Of a DNA stretch of 64,000 bases, positions 25,066 to 33,302 are shown in pieces (positions within the stretch are counted from its first letter, which is position 1; the number at the start of each line of letters is the position of its first letter). Under the pieces are notes generated by a model. The model was not told the DNA's origin and made no database searches. It was given only the letters and a program-made list of their open reading frames with translations. A program made the position numbers and the translations under genes. The stretch lies in NCBI GenBank assembly GCA_037445145.1, contig JBBILB010000004.1:15555-79554 (forward strand). The letters run 5' to 3'. Source of the stretch: Candidatus Woesearchaeota archaeon (GTDB taxonomy: Archaea > Nanobdellota > Nanobdellia > Woesearchaeales > ARS49).

Positions 25066-25105
25066 CGCTGGACGCTATACGCTAATAATTGTTATGCGTC
25101 CAGCG
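25066..25105 (+). other. GC-rich 10-bp-stem hairpin in the spacer between paralogs 2 and 3
   Basis: CGCTGGACGC (25066-25075) and GCGTCCAGCG (25096-25105) are perfect complements separated by a 20-nt AT-rich loop. Located 50 nt after the stop at 25015. Confidence 0.5.
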
Positions 25106-25167
25106 TCCCGCGCAACGAAACCGCGGCGCTGAAAGCGCGTTTTCTACCAAATCAATTCAACGAAAGG

Positions 25168-25176
25168 TTTATATAA
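25168..25176 (+). promoter_or_regulatory. TATA-box-like element ahead of paralog 3
   Basis: TTTATATAA lies 23-31 nt upstream of ATG 25199. Confidence 0.45.
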
Positions 25177-25198
25177 CAATTATTCTCGGTAAAGGAAC

Positions 25199-26140
25199 AT
25201 GCGAAGGATAATTGCGGTTATCATTCTGCTCACACTCGTCACTGCATGCGGTCCAGGCAAGAAGGCAGAAAAGATTGAGCTCACTGCGCCTTTTGTTGGC
25301 GGCAAAGCAGGGCTTGAGGCAGAATTCATTGACTTCCGAAAAGAGGTTTTTGACGGCGGGAGGGACCCATTTGACGTTGTAGTAAAGCTTGAGAACAAAG
25401 GCGAGGCAACAGTTGTTCCTGAGCGCGTGCGAGTAAAGCTGTCAGGCATAAATCCTGCAGAGTTCGGCAAGCTTGAGGAAGACCTTGTCAAGAGCCCCAC
25501 AGATGAGCTTTATGCAGTGCGAAAGGACCCGCAAGGCAATGTAATCCCCGGCGGGCAGGCAACTGTTGAGTTCACAGACCTCAACCACTTCTCGCCGATT
25601 GCAGGCGCGCAGGTCGCGTTCCCATTGCGCGCAGACATCTGCTACACTTATACAACAGAAGCGGTAAGCAAGCTTTGCGTACGCGAAAACCTGCTTGCGC
25701 CAGAGCCCGGCGGAATATGCGAAATAACCGAGGACAAGCCAATATTCAACTCAGGCGCACCCGTACAAATCGGTTCTGTAAAAGAAACTGCGCGGGGCAA
25801 GGACAAGATAAGCTTCAGCTTTGAAATCTCAAACTCAGGGACAGGCAATGTTTACGACCGCGGCTCATTCTGCGACAAAAGCGCAAGAGCAAAGGAAAAC
25901 AGGGTTTATGTGATTGTTGACACAAGAATGCCCGGACTGCAGTGCACAGGACTCACGACAACAGGAACAAAGGCAGAAGGATCAATAACACTTTATGACG
26001 GTAAAAAGATAGTCACGTGCACGCAGACAATAACCACAAGGTCTGACTTTGAGCAACAGATAAGCATTGAAGCAGTTTATGACTACGAAGAATACAAGCA
26101 GACAGAAATAACAGTCAAGAGCTCAGGGGAAGAGGAATAA
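25199..26140 (+). CDS. Hypothetical lipobox protein, paralog 3 (313 aa)
   Basis: MRRIIAVIILLTLVTAC lipobox. Landmarks VVKLENKG, ICYTYTTEAVSKLCVR, NSGAPVQIGSVKE, ISNSGTGNV, AVYDY. Confidence 0.75.
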   Translation: MRRIIAVIILLTLVTACGPGKKAEKIELTAPFVGGKAGLEAEFIDFRKEVFDGGRDPFDVVVKLENKGEATVVPERVRVKLSGINPAEFGKLEEDLVKSPTDELYAVRKDPQGNVIPGGQATVEFTDLNHFSPIAGAQVAFPLRADICYTYTTEAVSKLCVRENLLAPEPGGICEITEDKPIFNSGAPVQIGSVKETARGKDKISFSFEISNSGTGNVYDRGSFCDKSARAKENRVYVIVDTRMPGLQCTGLTTTGTKAEGSITLYDGKKIVTCTQTITTRSDFEQQISIEAVYDYEEYKQTEITVKSSGEEE

Positions 26141-26147
26141 AATAACT

Positions 26148-27110
26148 TTATTTGTTTATCGCGCTGACGTGCGCCAGCAGGGCTTCCAACTGTATGAACT
26201 CGTCAGCGCCTTCCACCATCCTGAATTCTATCTCTCCACACTTGTCAATGAGCCTAACTTTTTCGCGGTTATCAATGCCGAGGTTCCAAACCTCCTTCTG
26301 AATCTGGCGTACGACATCAAGCCCTGACAAGCCGTACTTCAGCATCGTGTCAAGCAAAAAATTCCTTGCCTTGACGAAATCACCTTCCAATGCTGTTTTG
26401 AGGAGCATTGCAATCTCCTTCGGCTGCGCCATTGAAGCCATCGAGAACACCAGCTCAGGGGTTATTGCATCCTGCATTGCAGCACAACTCTGAAGGATGT
26501 TTTCAAGGCGCCGGCAGTCGCCCTCTGAGATATCATATAATGCACTTTTTGCTTCAGGGTCTAGCTTAAGTCCCTCCTGTTTTGCAATCAAGTCAATTAT
26601 TCCAAAAACATCCTCCTTGGGCAATGGCTTGAAGCGGAAGACAGCACACCTGCTCTGGATCGGGTCAATGATTTTGCTCGAGTAATTTGCCGCAAGAATA
26701 AAGCGGCAGGTGCTTGTATAATTCTCCATCGTCCTTCTGAGCGCCTGCTGGGCTTCCTTTGTCAGAGCATCACACTCGTCAAGGAAGATAATCTTGAAAG
26801 GCACATTGCCAATTGCCTTTGTCCTTGCAAAATCCTTGACCTTGACCCTTATGACATCAATGCCGCGCTCATCAGAGGCATTAAGCTCAAGAAAGTTCTG
26901 GCGCCAGTTTTCGCCGAACAATTCGCGCGCAGCAACAAGCGCAAGAGTGCTCTTGCCAACGCCGGGCGGACCAGCAAACAACAAGTGGGGCAGGTTCTTC
27001 TGGCTGACAAAGGACTTTATCTTGCCAACGACAGCATCCTGGCCCTTGACCTCTGCAAACGACTTTGGGCGGTATTTCTCAGTCCAGATCACAGAACATT
27101 CCTCAGCCAT
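26148..27110 (-). CDS. rfcS: Replication factor C small subunit
   Basis: GPPGVGKST (Walker A), FLDECDALT (Walker B), [10 protein letters not shown] (SRC motif). 320 aa, no intein. Confidence 0.95.
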   Translation of the reverse strand: MAEECSVIWTEKYRPKSFAEVKGQDAVVGKIKSFVSQKNLPHLLFAGPPGVGKSTLALVAARELFGENWRQNFLELNASDERGIDVIRVKVKDFARTKAIGNVPFKIIFLDECDALTKEAQQALRRTMENYTSTCRFILAANYSSKIIDPIQSRCAVFRFKPLPKEDVFGIIDLIAKQEGLKLDPEAKSALYDISEGDCRRLENILQSCAAMQDAITPELVFSMASMAQPKEIAMLLKTALEGDFVKARNFLLDTMLKYGLSGLDVVRQIQKEVWNLGIDNREKVRLIDKCGEIEFRMVEGADEFIQLEALLAHVSAINK

Positions 27111-27162
27111 AAATCCCCCTGAATAGCACGAACAGGCACCAGTTTAAAAAGATTTAGGGAAA

Positions 27163-27429
27163 TCAGACAATATCTTCTTCCGAAACAACCATGAAGTCGC
27201 CCATCGCGATAACCGCACTGAACGGAATGAGCAAGTTTCCTGCCTTGTCCTTTTCCAACTCGAGCTTCTCAGTGTAGGCGGTCGGGTTCTTGAGGACAAG
27301 GTGGATAAGCTCCCCTGACTTTGTCTCGAAAACAATGTCGCCAACCTCGCCAAACCGCTTGCCAGACTTGCTGACAACAGTCTTGCCCATCAGTTGCTTT
27401 GAGAATTTCTTTTCGTCTGCAGTTGCCAT
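27163..27429 (-). CDS. PRC-barrel domain protein (88 aa)
   Basis: ORF trimmed to ATG 27429. LMGKTVVSKSGKRFGEVGDIVFETKSGELIHLVL..LIPFSAVIAMGDFMVV is a typical PRC-barrel pattern. Confidence 0.65.
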   Translation of the reverse strand: MATADEKKFSKQLMGKTVVSKSGKRFGEVGDIVFETKSGELIHLVLKNPTAYTEKLELEKDKAGNLLIPFSAVIAMGDFMVVSEEDIV

Positions 27430-27504
27430 CAGTTCACCCTTATTTACTCCTCCCGAATGAGTGTAGGTTGTATTTAAATGTTTTCTTTTACTATTGCAAG
27501 AAAG

Positions 27505-27516
27505 ATTTAAATAAAG
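27505..27516 (+). promoter_or_regulatory. TATA-box-like element for tyrS
   Basis: ATTTAAATAAAG lies 21-32 nt upstream of ATG 27537. Confidence 0.45.
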
Positions 27517-27536
27517 ACGGAAAAATGAGGCAGGGC

Positions 27537-28613
27537 ATGAATGTTGAAGAACGGCTAGCACTCATAAAACAGGTGGGTGAGGAAATTATAACAGAGAAGG
27601 AACTAAGGGAGCTTCTTGCCAAAAAGAAAACCCCAGTTGCGTATGACGGATTTGAGCCGTCAGGAAGGATTCACATCGCCCAGGGGCTCTTAAGGACAAT
27701 CAACGTCAACAAGATGCTCAAGGCAGGGTGCGAATTCATAATGTGGGTTGCTGACTGGCACGCCTGGGCAAACAACAAGTTCAGCGGAGACCTGGACAAA
27801 ATCCAGACAGCAGGAAAATACTTTGTCGAAGTCTGGAAAGCCTGCGGAATGGACGTGGACAAGGTAAAGTTCGTCTGGTGCTCTGACTTTGCAGACAAAA
27901 GCGAATACTGGAAAAAAGTAATGCAGATAGCAAGGAACACCACAGTAAACAGGATAGTAAGGTGCTCGCAAATAATGGGCAGGTCAGAAGCAGAGTCTTT
28001 GAGCACTGCACAAATTTTCTACCCGGTAATGCAGGCAGCTGACATATTCCAGCTCAACATAGACATATGCCAGCTCGGAATGGACCAGAGGAAAGTCAAT
28101 ATGCTTGCGCGCGAAATAGCACCAAAGCTCGGGCAAAAAGTGCCTATCGCAGTCCACCACCACATGCTCAGGGGGCTCCAGCAGCCGCCTGTAACAGCAG
28201 AAAAAGATGCAATTGAGCGCGCAATCGCAATGAAAATGAGCAAAAGCAACCCCGAGTCTGCTGTTTTCATGGATGACACAACAAAAGACGTTGAAAGAAA
28301 AATAGCAAACGCATACTGCCCTGCCAAACAGCTCGCGGAAAACCCAATAATTGAGTACTGCAAATACATAATCTTTGAGAAGCAAAAAGAGCTCGTGATA
28401 GAGCGGCCTGAAAAGTTTGGGGGAAAGCTTGTCCTGAAAGGGTTTGAAGAGCTTTCCAAGGTGTATTCAGAAGGAAAACTGCACCCGCAGGACCTTAAAA
28501 AGGCAGTTGCCACTGCGATTGACAGTTATCTGGAGCCTGTCCGGAAGCATTTCAGCAAGGGAAAGCCAAAAGAACTGCTTGAACAGGTCAAAAGCTTTGA
28601 AGTAACCCGCTGA
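27537..28613 (+). CDS. tyrS: Tyrosine--tRNA ligase (archaeal type)
   Basis: MNVEERLALIKQVGEEIITEKEL..AYDGFEPSGRIHIAQG (HIGH-like) and AMKMSKSNPESAVFM (KMSKS). The ORF opens further upstream at 27399; the alternative ATG is 27525. Confidence 0.92.
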   Translation: MNVEERLALIKQVGEEIITEKELRELLAKKKTPVAYDGFEPSGRIHIAQGLLRTINVNKMLKAGCEFIMWVADWHAWANNKFSGDLDKIQTAGKYFVEVWKACGMDVDKVKFVWCSDFADKSEYWKKVMQIARNTTVNRIVRCSQIMGRSEAESLSTAQIFYPVMQAADIFQLNIDICQLGMDQRKVNMLAREIAPKLGQKVPIAVHHHMLRGLQQPPVTAEKDAIERAIAMKMSKSNPESAVFMDDTTKDVERKIANAYCPAKQLAENPIIEYCKYIIFEKQKELVIERPEKFGGKLVLKGFEELSKVYSEGKLHPQDLKKAVATAIDSYLEPVRKHFSKGKPKELLEQVKSFEVTR

Positions 28614-28640
28614 TTGCGCTATTAAAAAGGTTGCCCACAA

Positions 28641-28650
28641 AATTTATAAA
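28641..28650 (+). promoter_or_regulatory. TATA-box-like element for pan
   Basis: AATTTATAAA lies 25-34 nt upstream of ATG 28675. Confidence 0.45.
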
Positions 28651-28674
28651 CAATCTTTGAGTAGGAGAACTTCA

Positions 28675-29814
28675 ATGACGATACGCAACACGGAAAAGGT
28701 TGAGGACGTCAGCTATTCTTACGCAACAAACGTGAGCGGGCTTGAGGAGGAAAACAGGTTTCTCAGGGAGAGTGTTGACAACCTTGAGCGTGAGCTTGAA
28801 AAATTCCGCAAGGCGCCCCTGATTGCGTGCGAGATACGCGACATACTTGAGGACAAGGCACTGGTCAGGCTGCCGAACGGAAACGAATTCCTTGTTGAGA
28901 TAGCGGCAGACTGCGGCAAGCTCGTTCCAGGAGACAGCGTGCTGGCAGAGCAAAAAAACCTGACAATACTCAAGAAAATGCCTGCAAGCAAGAAGTTTGA
29001 CGTTGAAAAATTCGTGATACTCGAAAAGCCTGACATAAAATGGGCAGACATCGGCGGGCTTTCAGAGCAAGTGCAGGAAATAAAGGAAGTGATTGAGCTG
29101 CCCCTGAAAAAGCCGGAATTGTTCAGGCAGGTTGGAATCCAGCCGCCAAAAGGAATCCTGCTATTTGGACCGCCGGGAACAGGAAAAACCTTGTTGGCAA
29201 AGGCGGTTGCTGCGAGCACAAACAGCACATTCATACAAGTAGTGGGTTCTGAGCTCGTTCAGAAGTTCATTGGCGAAGGAGCAAAACTTGTCAAGGAAAT
29301 TTTTCAGCTTGCCCGCGAGAAGGCGCCAAGCATAATATTCATTGACGAGCTGGATGCAATTGCGGCAACAAGGATTGACATAGGAACGTCAGGAGAAAGA
29401 GAGGTGCAAAGGACATTCATGCAGCTGCTTGCCGAGATTGATGGCTTCAAGCCATTGGACAACGTGAAAATCATTGGCTGCACAAACAGGCGAGACATAC
29501 TTGATGCCGCAATAATCAGGCCGGGAAGGCTTGACCGGCGCATTTACGTGCCACTGCCTGACTTTGACAGCAGAAAAGAAGTATTCAGGATACATACAAA
29601 AGAAGTCAACCTTGCAAGAATAAACACAAACGAAATCATAAAAGCAATGGATGGATTCTCAGGGGCAGAAATAAAGGCAGTCGTCACAGAAGCAGGATAC
29701 TTTGCAATACGCGATGGAAGGACAAGGGTTGAGGAAGCAGACTTTTTGCAGGCAATTGAGAAAGTCAGGAGCGGCGAGCCAGCAGACGATGACTATGTGA
29801 AGATGTTCGGCTAG
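28675..29814 (+). CDS. pan: Proteasome-activating nucleotidase (PAN, AAA+ ATPase)
   Basis: N-terminal coiled coil (LEEENRFLRESVDNLERELEKFRK), an OB segment, GPPGTGKTLLAKAVA, IIFIDELDA, PGRLDRRIYVPLPD. The stop shares the CTAG tetranucleotide with the convergent trm5 stop. Confidence 0.92.
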   Translation: MTIRNTEKVEDVSYSYATNVSGLEEENRFLRESVDNLERELEKFRKAPLIACEIRDILEDKALVRLPNGNEFLVEIAADCGKLVPGDSVLAEQKNLTILKKMPASKKFDVEKFVILEKPDIKWADIGGLSEQVQEIKEVIELPLKKPELFRQVGIQPPKGILLFGPPGTGKTLLAKAVAASTNSTFIQVVGSELVQKFIGEGAKLVKEIFQLAREKAPSIIFIDELDAIAATRIDIGTSGEREVQRTFMQLLAEIDGFKPLDNVKIIGCTNRRDILDAAIIRPGRLDRRIYVPLPDFDSRKEVFRIHTKEVNLARINTNEIIKAMDGFSGAEIKAVVTEAGYFAIRDGRTRVEEADFLQAIEKVRSGEPADDDYVKMFG

Positions 29815-30629
29815 TTCTGCACAGCAAAATCCACGCAAACCCTGTTCTGCCTGACACCAACCTGTCCGCACTCAACCACATTCAGGATTTTGCACTTCTT
29901 TTTTGCCTTCTTGCAGGCGGATTTGACTATTTCTGCTGCCTTTTCCCATTCGCCTTCTGGCTGGAAGTCGTAGAAATGAATGACTGTACCCTTCTGCGAT
30001 GCCTTTAGTGCAACGTCAAGGAATTCATCCGCCTTTTGCGGCCAAGGCATCACAATCCTGTCAAACTTCATCTTCGGAATGGATTTTCTTGCATCACCCT
30101 TTATTAGGATTATCTTGTGACCGAGCTTGTTTCTTTTCACGTTCTCAACAGCATACTTGTGCGCTTCAGGATTTGCCTCAATGCCATAAACCCTGTAAGC
30201 CTGCGAAAGCTTTGCTATGACAATAGGATAAGGAGCAATGCCTGAAAACATTACAAGCACAATCTCTCCCGGCTTCACCTGCCTTGCAATGCGTTCTCTC
30301 TCATTCGCAAGCCTTGGGGAAAAATAACAAGTCTCAACATTCAAAGCCATCTCAGCGCCAAATTCCTTGTGCACTGTTGTCTTTCTTTTCTCGCCGGCAA
30401 TAATTTCAACAGGCTGCATCCTGTACTTGCCCCTGTGCCCGCCTTTCTTTTTCACAGCAACCTTGATGTAAGGCAAAAGTTTAAGCAGTGTTTGCGCAAT
30501 GATCTTTTTCTTTTTTTCAAGCTTGGAAGAAATTTCAAGCAGTGCAATGTCGCCAACAACATCAAAACCCCTAAGCAACGAAAGCTCTTTTTCCGAGAGT
30601 TTTCCCTTCAATGCATCCTTCAGCCTCAT
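29811..30629 (-). CDS. trm5: tRNA (guanine37-N1)-methyltransferase Trm5 family (Met-10+ like)
   Basis: FDVVGDIALLEI, YFSPRLANERERIA, VMFSGIAPYPIVIA, FDRIVMPWPQKADEFL. 272 aa. Confidence 0.85.
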   Translation of the reverse strand: MRLKDALKGKLSEKELSLLRGFDVVGDIALLEISSKLEKKKKIIAQTLLKLLPYIKVAVKKKGGHRGKYRMQPVEIIAGEKRKTTVHKEFGAEMALNVETCYFSPRLANERERIARQVKPGEIVLVMFSGIAPYPIVIAKLSQAYRVYGIEANPEAHKYAVENVKRNKLGHKIILIKGDARKSIPKMKFDRIVMPWPQKADEFLDVALKASQKGTVIHFYDFQPEGEWEKAAEIVKSACKKAKKKCKILNVVECGQVGVRQNRVCVDFAVQN

Positions 30630-31657
30630 TAAAAATCACCAAGGCCTTTTTGCTGCATCTTCCTGTGCTGCTTTTCCAGCTCATCAAGAGTCTTTTTGAC
30701 TCGCTCAGCGCTAAAATCGTGCCCGCCAACAAGGAATTTTTTAATACCTTCCTTGTCGGGTGCCCTGAAAACAATCTTGTAATCCTTTGTGACAGGCATT
30801 TCCTTGAACAAATTGAATATCTCCTGCCAGGAAATGTCACAGAACTCATCCCATTTTGCAGCAGCAAATATTTTTTCAGGGGTTTTTTGTTCTTTCACAA
30901 GCGCAAGGGCTTTTTTCGGGCCTATTCCCTTCACGCCGCCGGGGCAATAGTCTGTTCCGACAAGTATTGCAAGATAAATAAGCTGGTCGTGCGTAATTTC
31001 AAGCTCTTTAAGCACGTCCTTTAAGACAATAAGCTCTGGCTTTACAACCACTGTTGCAAGGGCTTTTGTCTTTTTCCTCCTGCCTGCGATTGACAGGTTC
31101 TGTATGAGCCTGTCTGCGCCGTGCAGCAAGGCATCATAGTCCTGGCTCACAACAGCCCAGGCATCACCGTTCTTGACAAGGAATGCTGCCTGGGCATCTC
31201 CCTCGCTCGGCGCCTGAATGACAGGAATGCCCATCAGAATAAGAAGTTTTTTCGCGTCCTCAACCATTTCCTTGGTGAGCCGGGCAGTTCTTGCAGCATA
31301 CTTCTGCATTGCCTCAACATCCTCTTCAGCAACAGCTTTCTCGTACTGCTTTTGTGCCATTGCCTTTGCCTCTGCGCGCTTCTCAATCTCCCTGTGCTTC
31401 AGCACAGGGACTTCGCCGTCAAAAACAAAAACAGGCTTTAGGCCCTGCTTCAGGAAGCTTGAAGTCCTTGAGAACAGGCCAATCAAGTGGGAAGTAACCC
31501 TGCCCTTGCTGTCAGTCAGCGGTCTTCCGTCAGGAGTGCGGATTGTTGTCAAAAACTGGTACAGGATGTTGTAAGCGTCAATGGCAAGGACTTTGCCTTT
31601 CAGCGCCTCAAAAGCAATTTCCCTTTTTGAAACAATGTCCCTTAAATTTACACCCAT
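30629..31657 (-). CDS. fen: Flap endonuclease 1
   Basis: MGVNLRDIVSKREIAFEALKGKVLAIDAYNILYQFL, VFVFDG, SEGDAQAA, H3TH GTDYCPGGVKGIGPKKA, and a C-terminal PIP-like QKGLGDF. The ORF opens at GTG 31669; ATG 31657 is preferred. TAATG overlap with trm5. Confidence 0.95.
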   Translation of the reverse strand: MGVNLRDIVSKREIAFEALKGKVLAIDAYNILYQFLTTIRTPDGRPLTDSKGRVTSHLIGLFSRTSSFLKQGLKPVFVFDGEVPVLKHREIEKRAEAKAMAQKQYEKAVAEEDVEAMQKYAARTARLTKEMVEDAKKLLILMGIPVIQAPSEGDAQAAFLVKNGDAWAVVSQDYDALLHGADRLIQNLSIAGRRKKTKALATVVVKPELIVLKDVLKELEITHDQLIYLAILVGTDYCPGGVKGIGPKKALALVKEQKTPEKIFAAAKWDEFCDISWQEIFNLFKEMPVTKDYKIVFRAPDKEGIKKFLVGGHDFSAERVKKTLDELEKQHRKMQQKGLGDF

Positions 31658-31665
31658 TTTTTTGA

Positions 31666-32679
31666 TCACACCTGTTTTACAGCCAATCCCTTCAGCTCCT
31701 TCAGAAGTTCGCTTGCAGGCTTTGTCAGCGTTCCAGGAGAAAGGAAAAGCACAGGAAGCTTTTTCAGCTGGCCCTGAACATAAGCGTGGCTCAGGTCTGC
31801 CTCGCCGATTTTTGCCTTGTTCTTCGCCTTACAGTAATAATGCAGTTGTCCGACAGGCGAGGCAATTGAGAGGACAAAATCATACTCGTTCTTTTTCTTC
31901 AACGCGACCTGTTCAATCACGGTGATGTTGTTTGATGCAAAGAATGCCATAAGCCTTTGCAGGAAGGGGTCGTCGCCTGCCAATGCTTGCTGTGCTGCCT
32001 CTGCAGGGGCAATTGGCTTTTGTTCTTCGACGGCTTTTGCCTCAGGTACGGTTATTGTCGGCTTTTGGGCAGCACGAGATTCAGCAGGCGCAGCACTTGC
32101 AGGAGCCTGCGGGGCAATTGTTGTTTGCTGCGGCTCAACAGCAACCTTCTGTTTTTTTGCACTTTGCCTCCTTTGTTTTTGCGGTTTTTGAGCTTCTGCC
32201 GGCTGCGACTCTGGCATTGGTGCTTGCTTCTGCAGTAACTGCCTTATTGCATCAGCAGCTTGCTCATCGGTAAGCAAATAAAACTTCCAGAACAATTCCT
32301 TGACGCCGTCAATTACAACATCGAGGGGCTTTGCAAAGTCCTTTATGTTTCTCAATGAAACCCTTGTGAGTGGGTCAAGTGCAGTGTCGCGCATCACGCT
32401 CTTTTCCTTCAACGCGGCAACAGTCTTCCTGTCCTTCTCGTTCAGGTGCTGGACATAGTCAAGCAAGTGCTCAGGATGGTCGGGATGATAGTACAATGGC
32501 GAGCTCCCCACCTTCAGGTGCGAAACCTTGAGCAGTCCTTTTTCACTCATTTCAGAAAGCATTGCGCTTGAGAGCATTGAGTTTGTTGACAGCTCTTTTG
32601 CGACAACAATTGGCTGGACTGGCTTTTGCTCAACCATTGCAAGAATCCTGTCACGATAGTCCAGAGCTCCCATAAGCAA
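31666..32679 (-). CDS. Hypothetical winged-helix protein with Ala/Gln/Pro-rich linker and small C-terminal alpha/beta domain
   Basis: N-terminus ILAMVEQKPVQPIVVAKELSTNSMLSSAMLSEMSEKGLLKVSHLKVGSSPLYY is wHTH-like. ~90-aa low-complexity linker (PAEAQKPQKQRRQSAKKQK..APASAAPAESRAAQKP). C-terminus YDFVLSIASPVGQLHYYCKAKNK. First gene of an operon with fen and trm5. Confidence 0.55.
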   Translation of the reverse strand: MLMGALDYRDRILAMVEQKPVQPIVVAKELSTNSMLSSAMLSEMSEKGLLKVSHLKVGSSPLYYHPDHPEHLLDYVQHLNEKDRKTVAALKEKSVMRDTALDPLTRVSLRNIKDFAKPLDVVIDGVKELFWKFYLLTDEQAADAIRQLLQKQAPMPESQPAEAQKPQKQRRQSAKKQKVAVEPQQTTIAPQAPASAAPAESRAAQKPTITVPEAKAVEEQKPIAPAEAAQQALAGDDPFLQRLMAFFASNNITVIEQVALKKKNEYDFVLSIASPVGQLHYYCKAKNKAKIGEADLSHAYVQGQLKKLPVLFLSPGTLTKPASELLKELKGLAVKQV

Positions 32680-32717
32680 GAGCTGATTTGACCGTGGTAT
32701 AAATAGGTTATGCAGGT

Positions 32718-33248
32718 TTAAGGCTTGAGCCAGCGCACTTCCCAGTAGCTCACGTCGCCCTCATCATCAACGATTCCAACCAGCAAATTCTTTTTTGTAC
32801 TGTGAGCAACCCTATTCCTTGCCGCAAACTCCTGCCACGTCAGTCGCTCGTGCTCGCTTGTAGGATAAACAATCCATTTCGCATGGTCCTCACCGGGCTT
32901 TACGCCGCGCTCGTAAACGCGGAAGTCAGCGCCAAACTTCAAGGCAGTTTTTACAATATACCCCCTGTCCCTCAAGTCCTTGAACACGGAATACCTCGGC
33001 CAGAAATTCCTGTCCTTTTTTCTCACCTTTGAAATAAGCTTTTCAACACTGATAACCTTTCCTTTTCCATCCAGCACATTTATGCGCTTCTTGGCAGCAA
33101 GATAAACAGCCTCTATCGGAGAGAGCTGGACCCTGCCATCATCAAGAAGCCCCCCAAAAAGGCCCTTCCTGAAAAGCTCGCGCGATTCATCAGAGTTCTC
33201 TGTCCTTACAACACTGCCCTCAAGCAGTGCCTTAACGATTGCAGCCAT
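32718..33248 (-). CDS. endA: tRNA-splicing endonuclease (homotetramer-type subunit)
   Basis: 176 aa. YSVFKDLRDRGYIVKTALKFGADFRVYERG..HAKWIVY catalytic-domain pattern. Confidence 0.85.
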   Translation of the reverse strand: MAAIVKALLEGSVVRTENSDESRELFRKGLFGGLLDDGRVQLSPIEAVYLAAKKRINVLDGKGKVISVEKLISKVRKKDRNFWPRYSVFKDLRDRGYIVKTALKFGADFRVYERGVKPGEDHAKWIVYPTSEHERLTWQEFAARNRVAHSTKKNLLVGIVDDEGDVSYWEVRWLKP

Positions 33249-33270
33249 AACATGAAACTGAATGCAGAAG

Positions 33271-33280
33271 GTTTAAATAC
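33271..33280 (+). promoter_or_regulatory. TATA-box-like element for rnz
   Basis: GTTTAAATAC lies 23-32 nt upstream of ATG 33303. Confidence 0.5.
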
Positions 33281-33302
33281 CTTCCGTCTCAAAACAGGCA
33301 TT

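Noticed and set aside
20471-26140. Considered calling the operon a type IV pilus / archaellum locus.
   Set aside because: There is no PilB/ArlI-type ATPase, PilC/ArlJ-type platform protein or prepilin peptidase in or near the cluster. Only one protein has a pilin-like signal.
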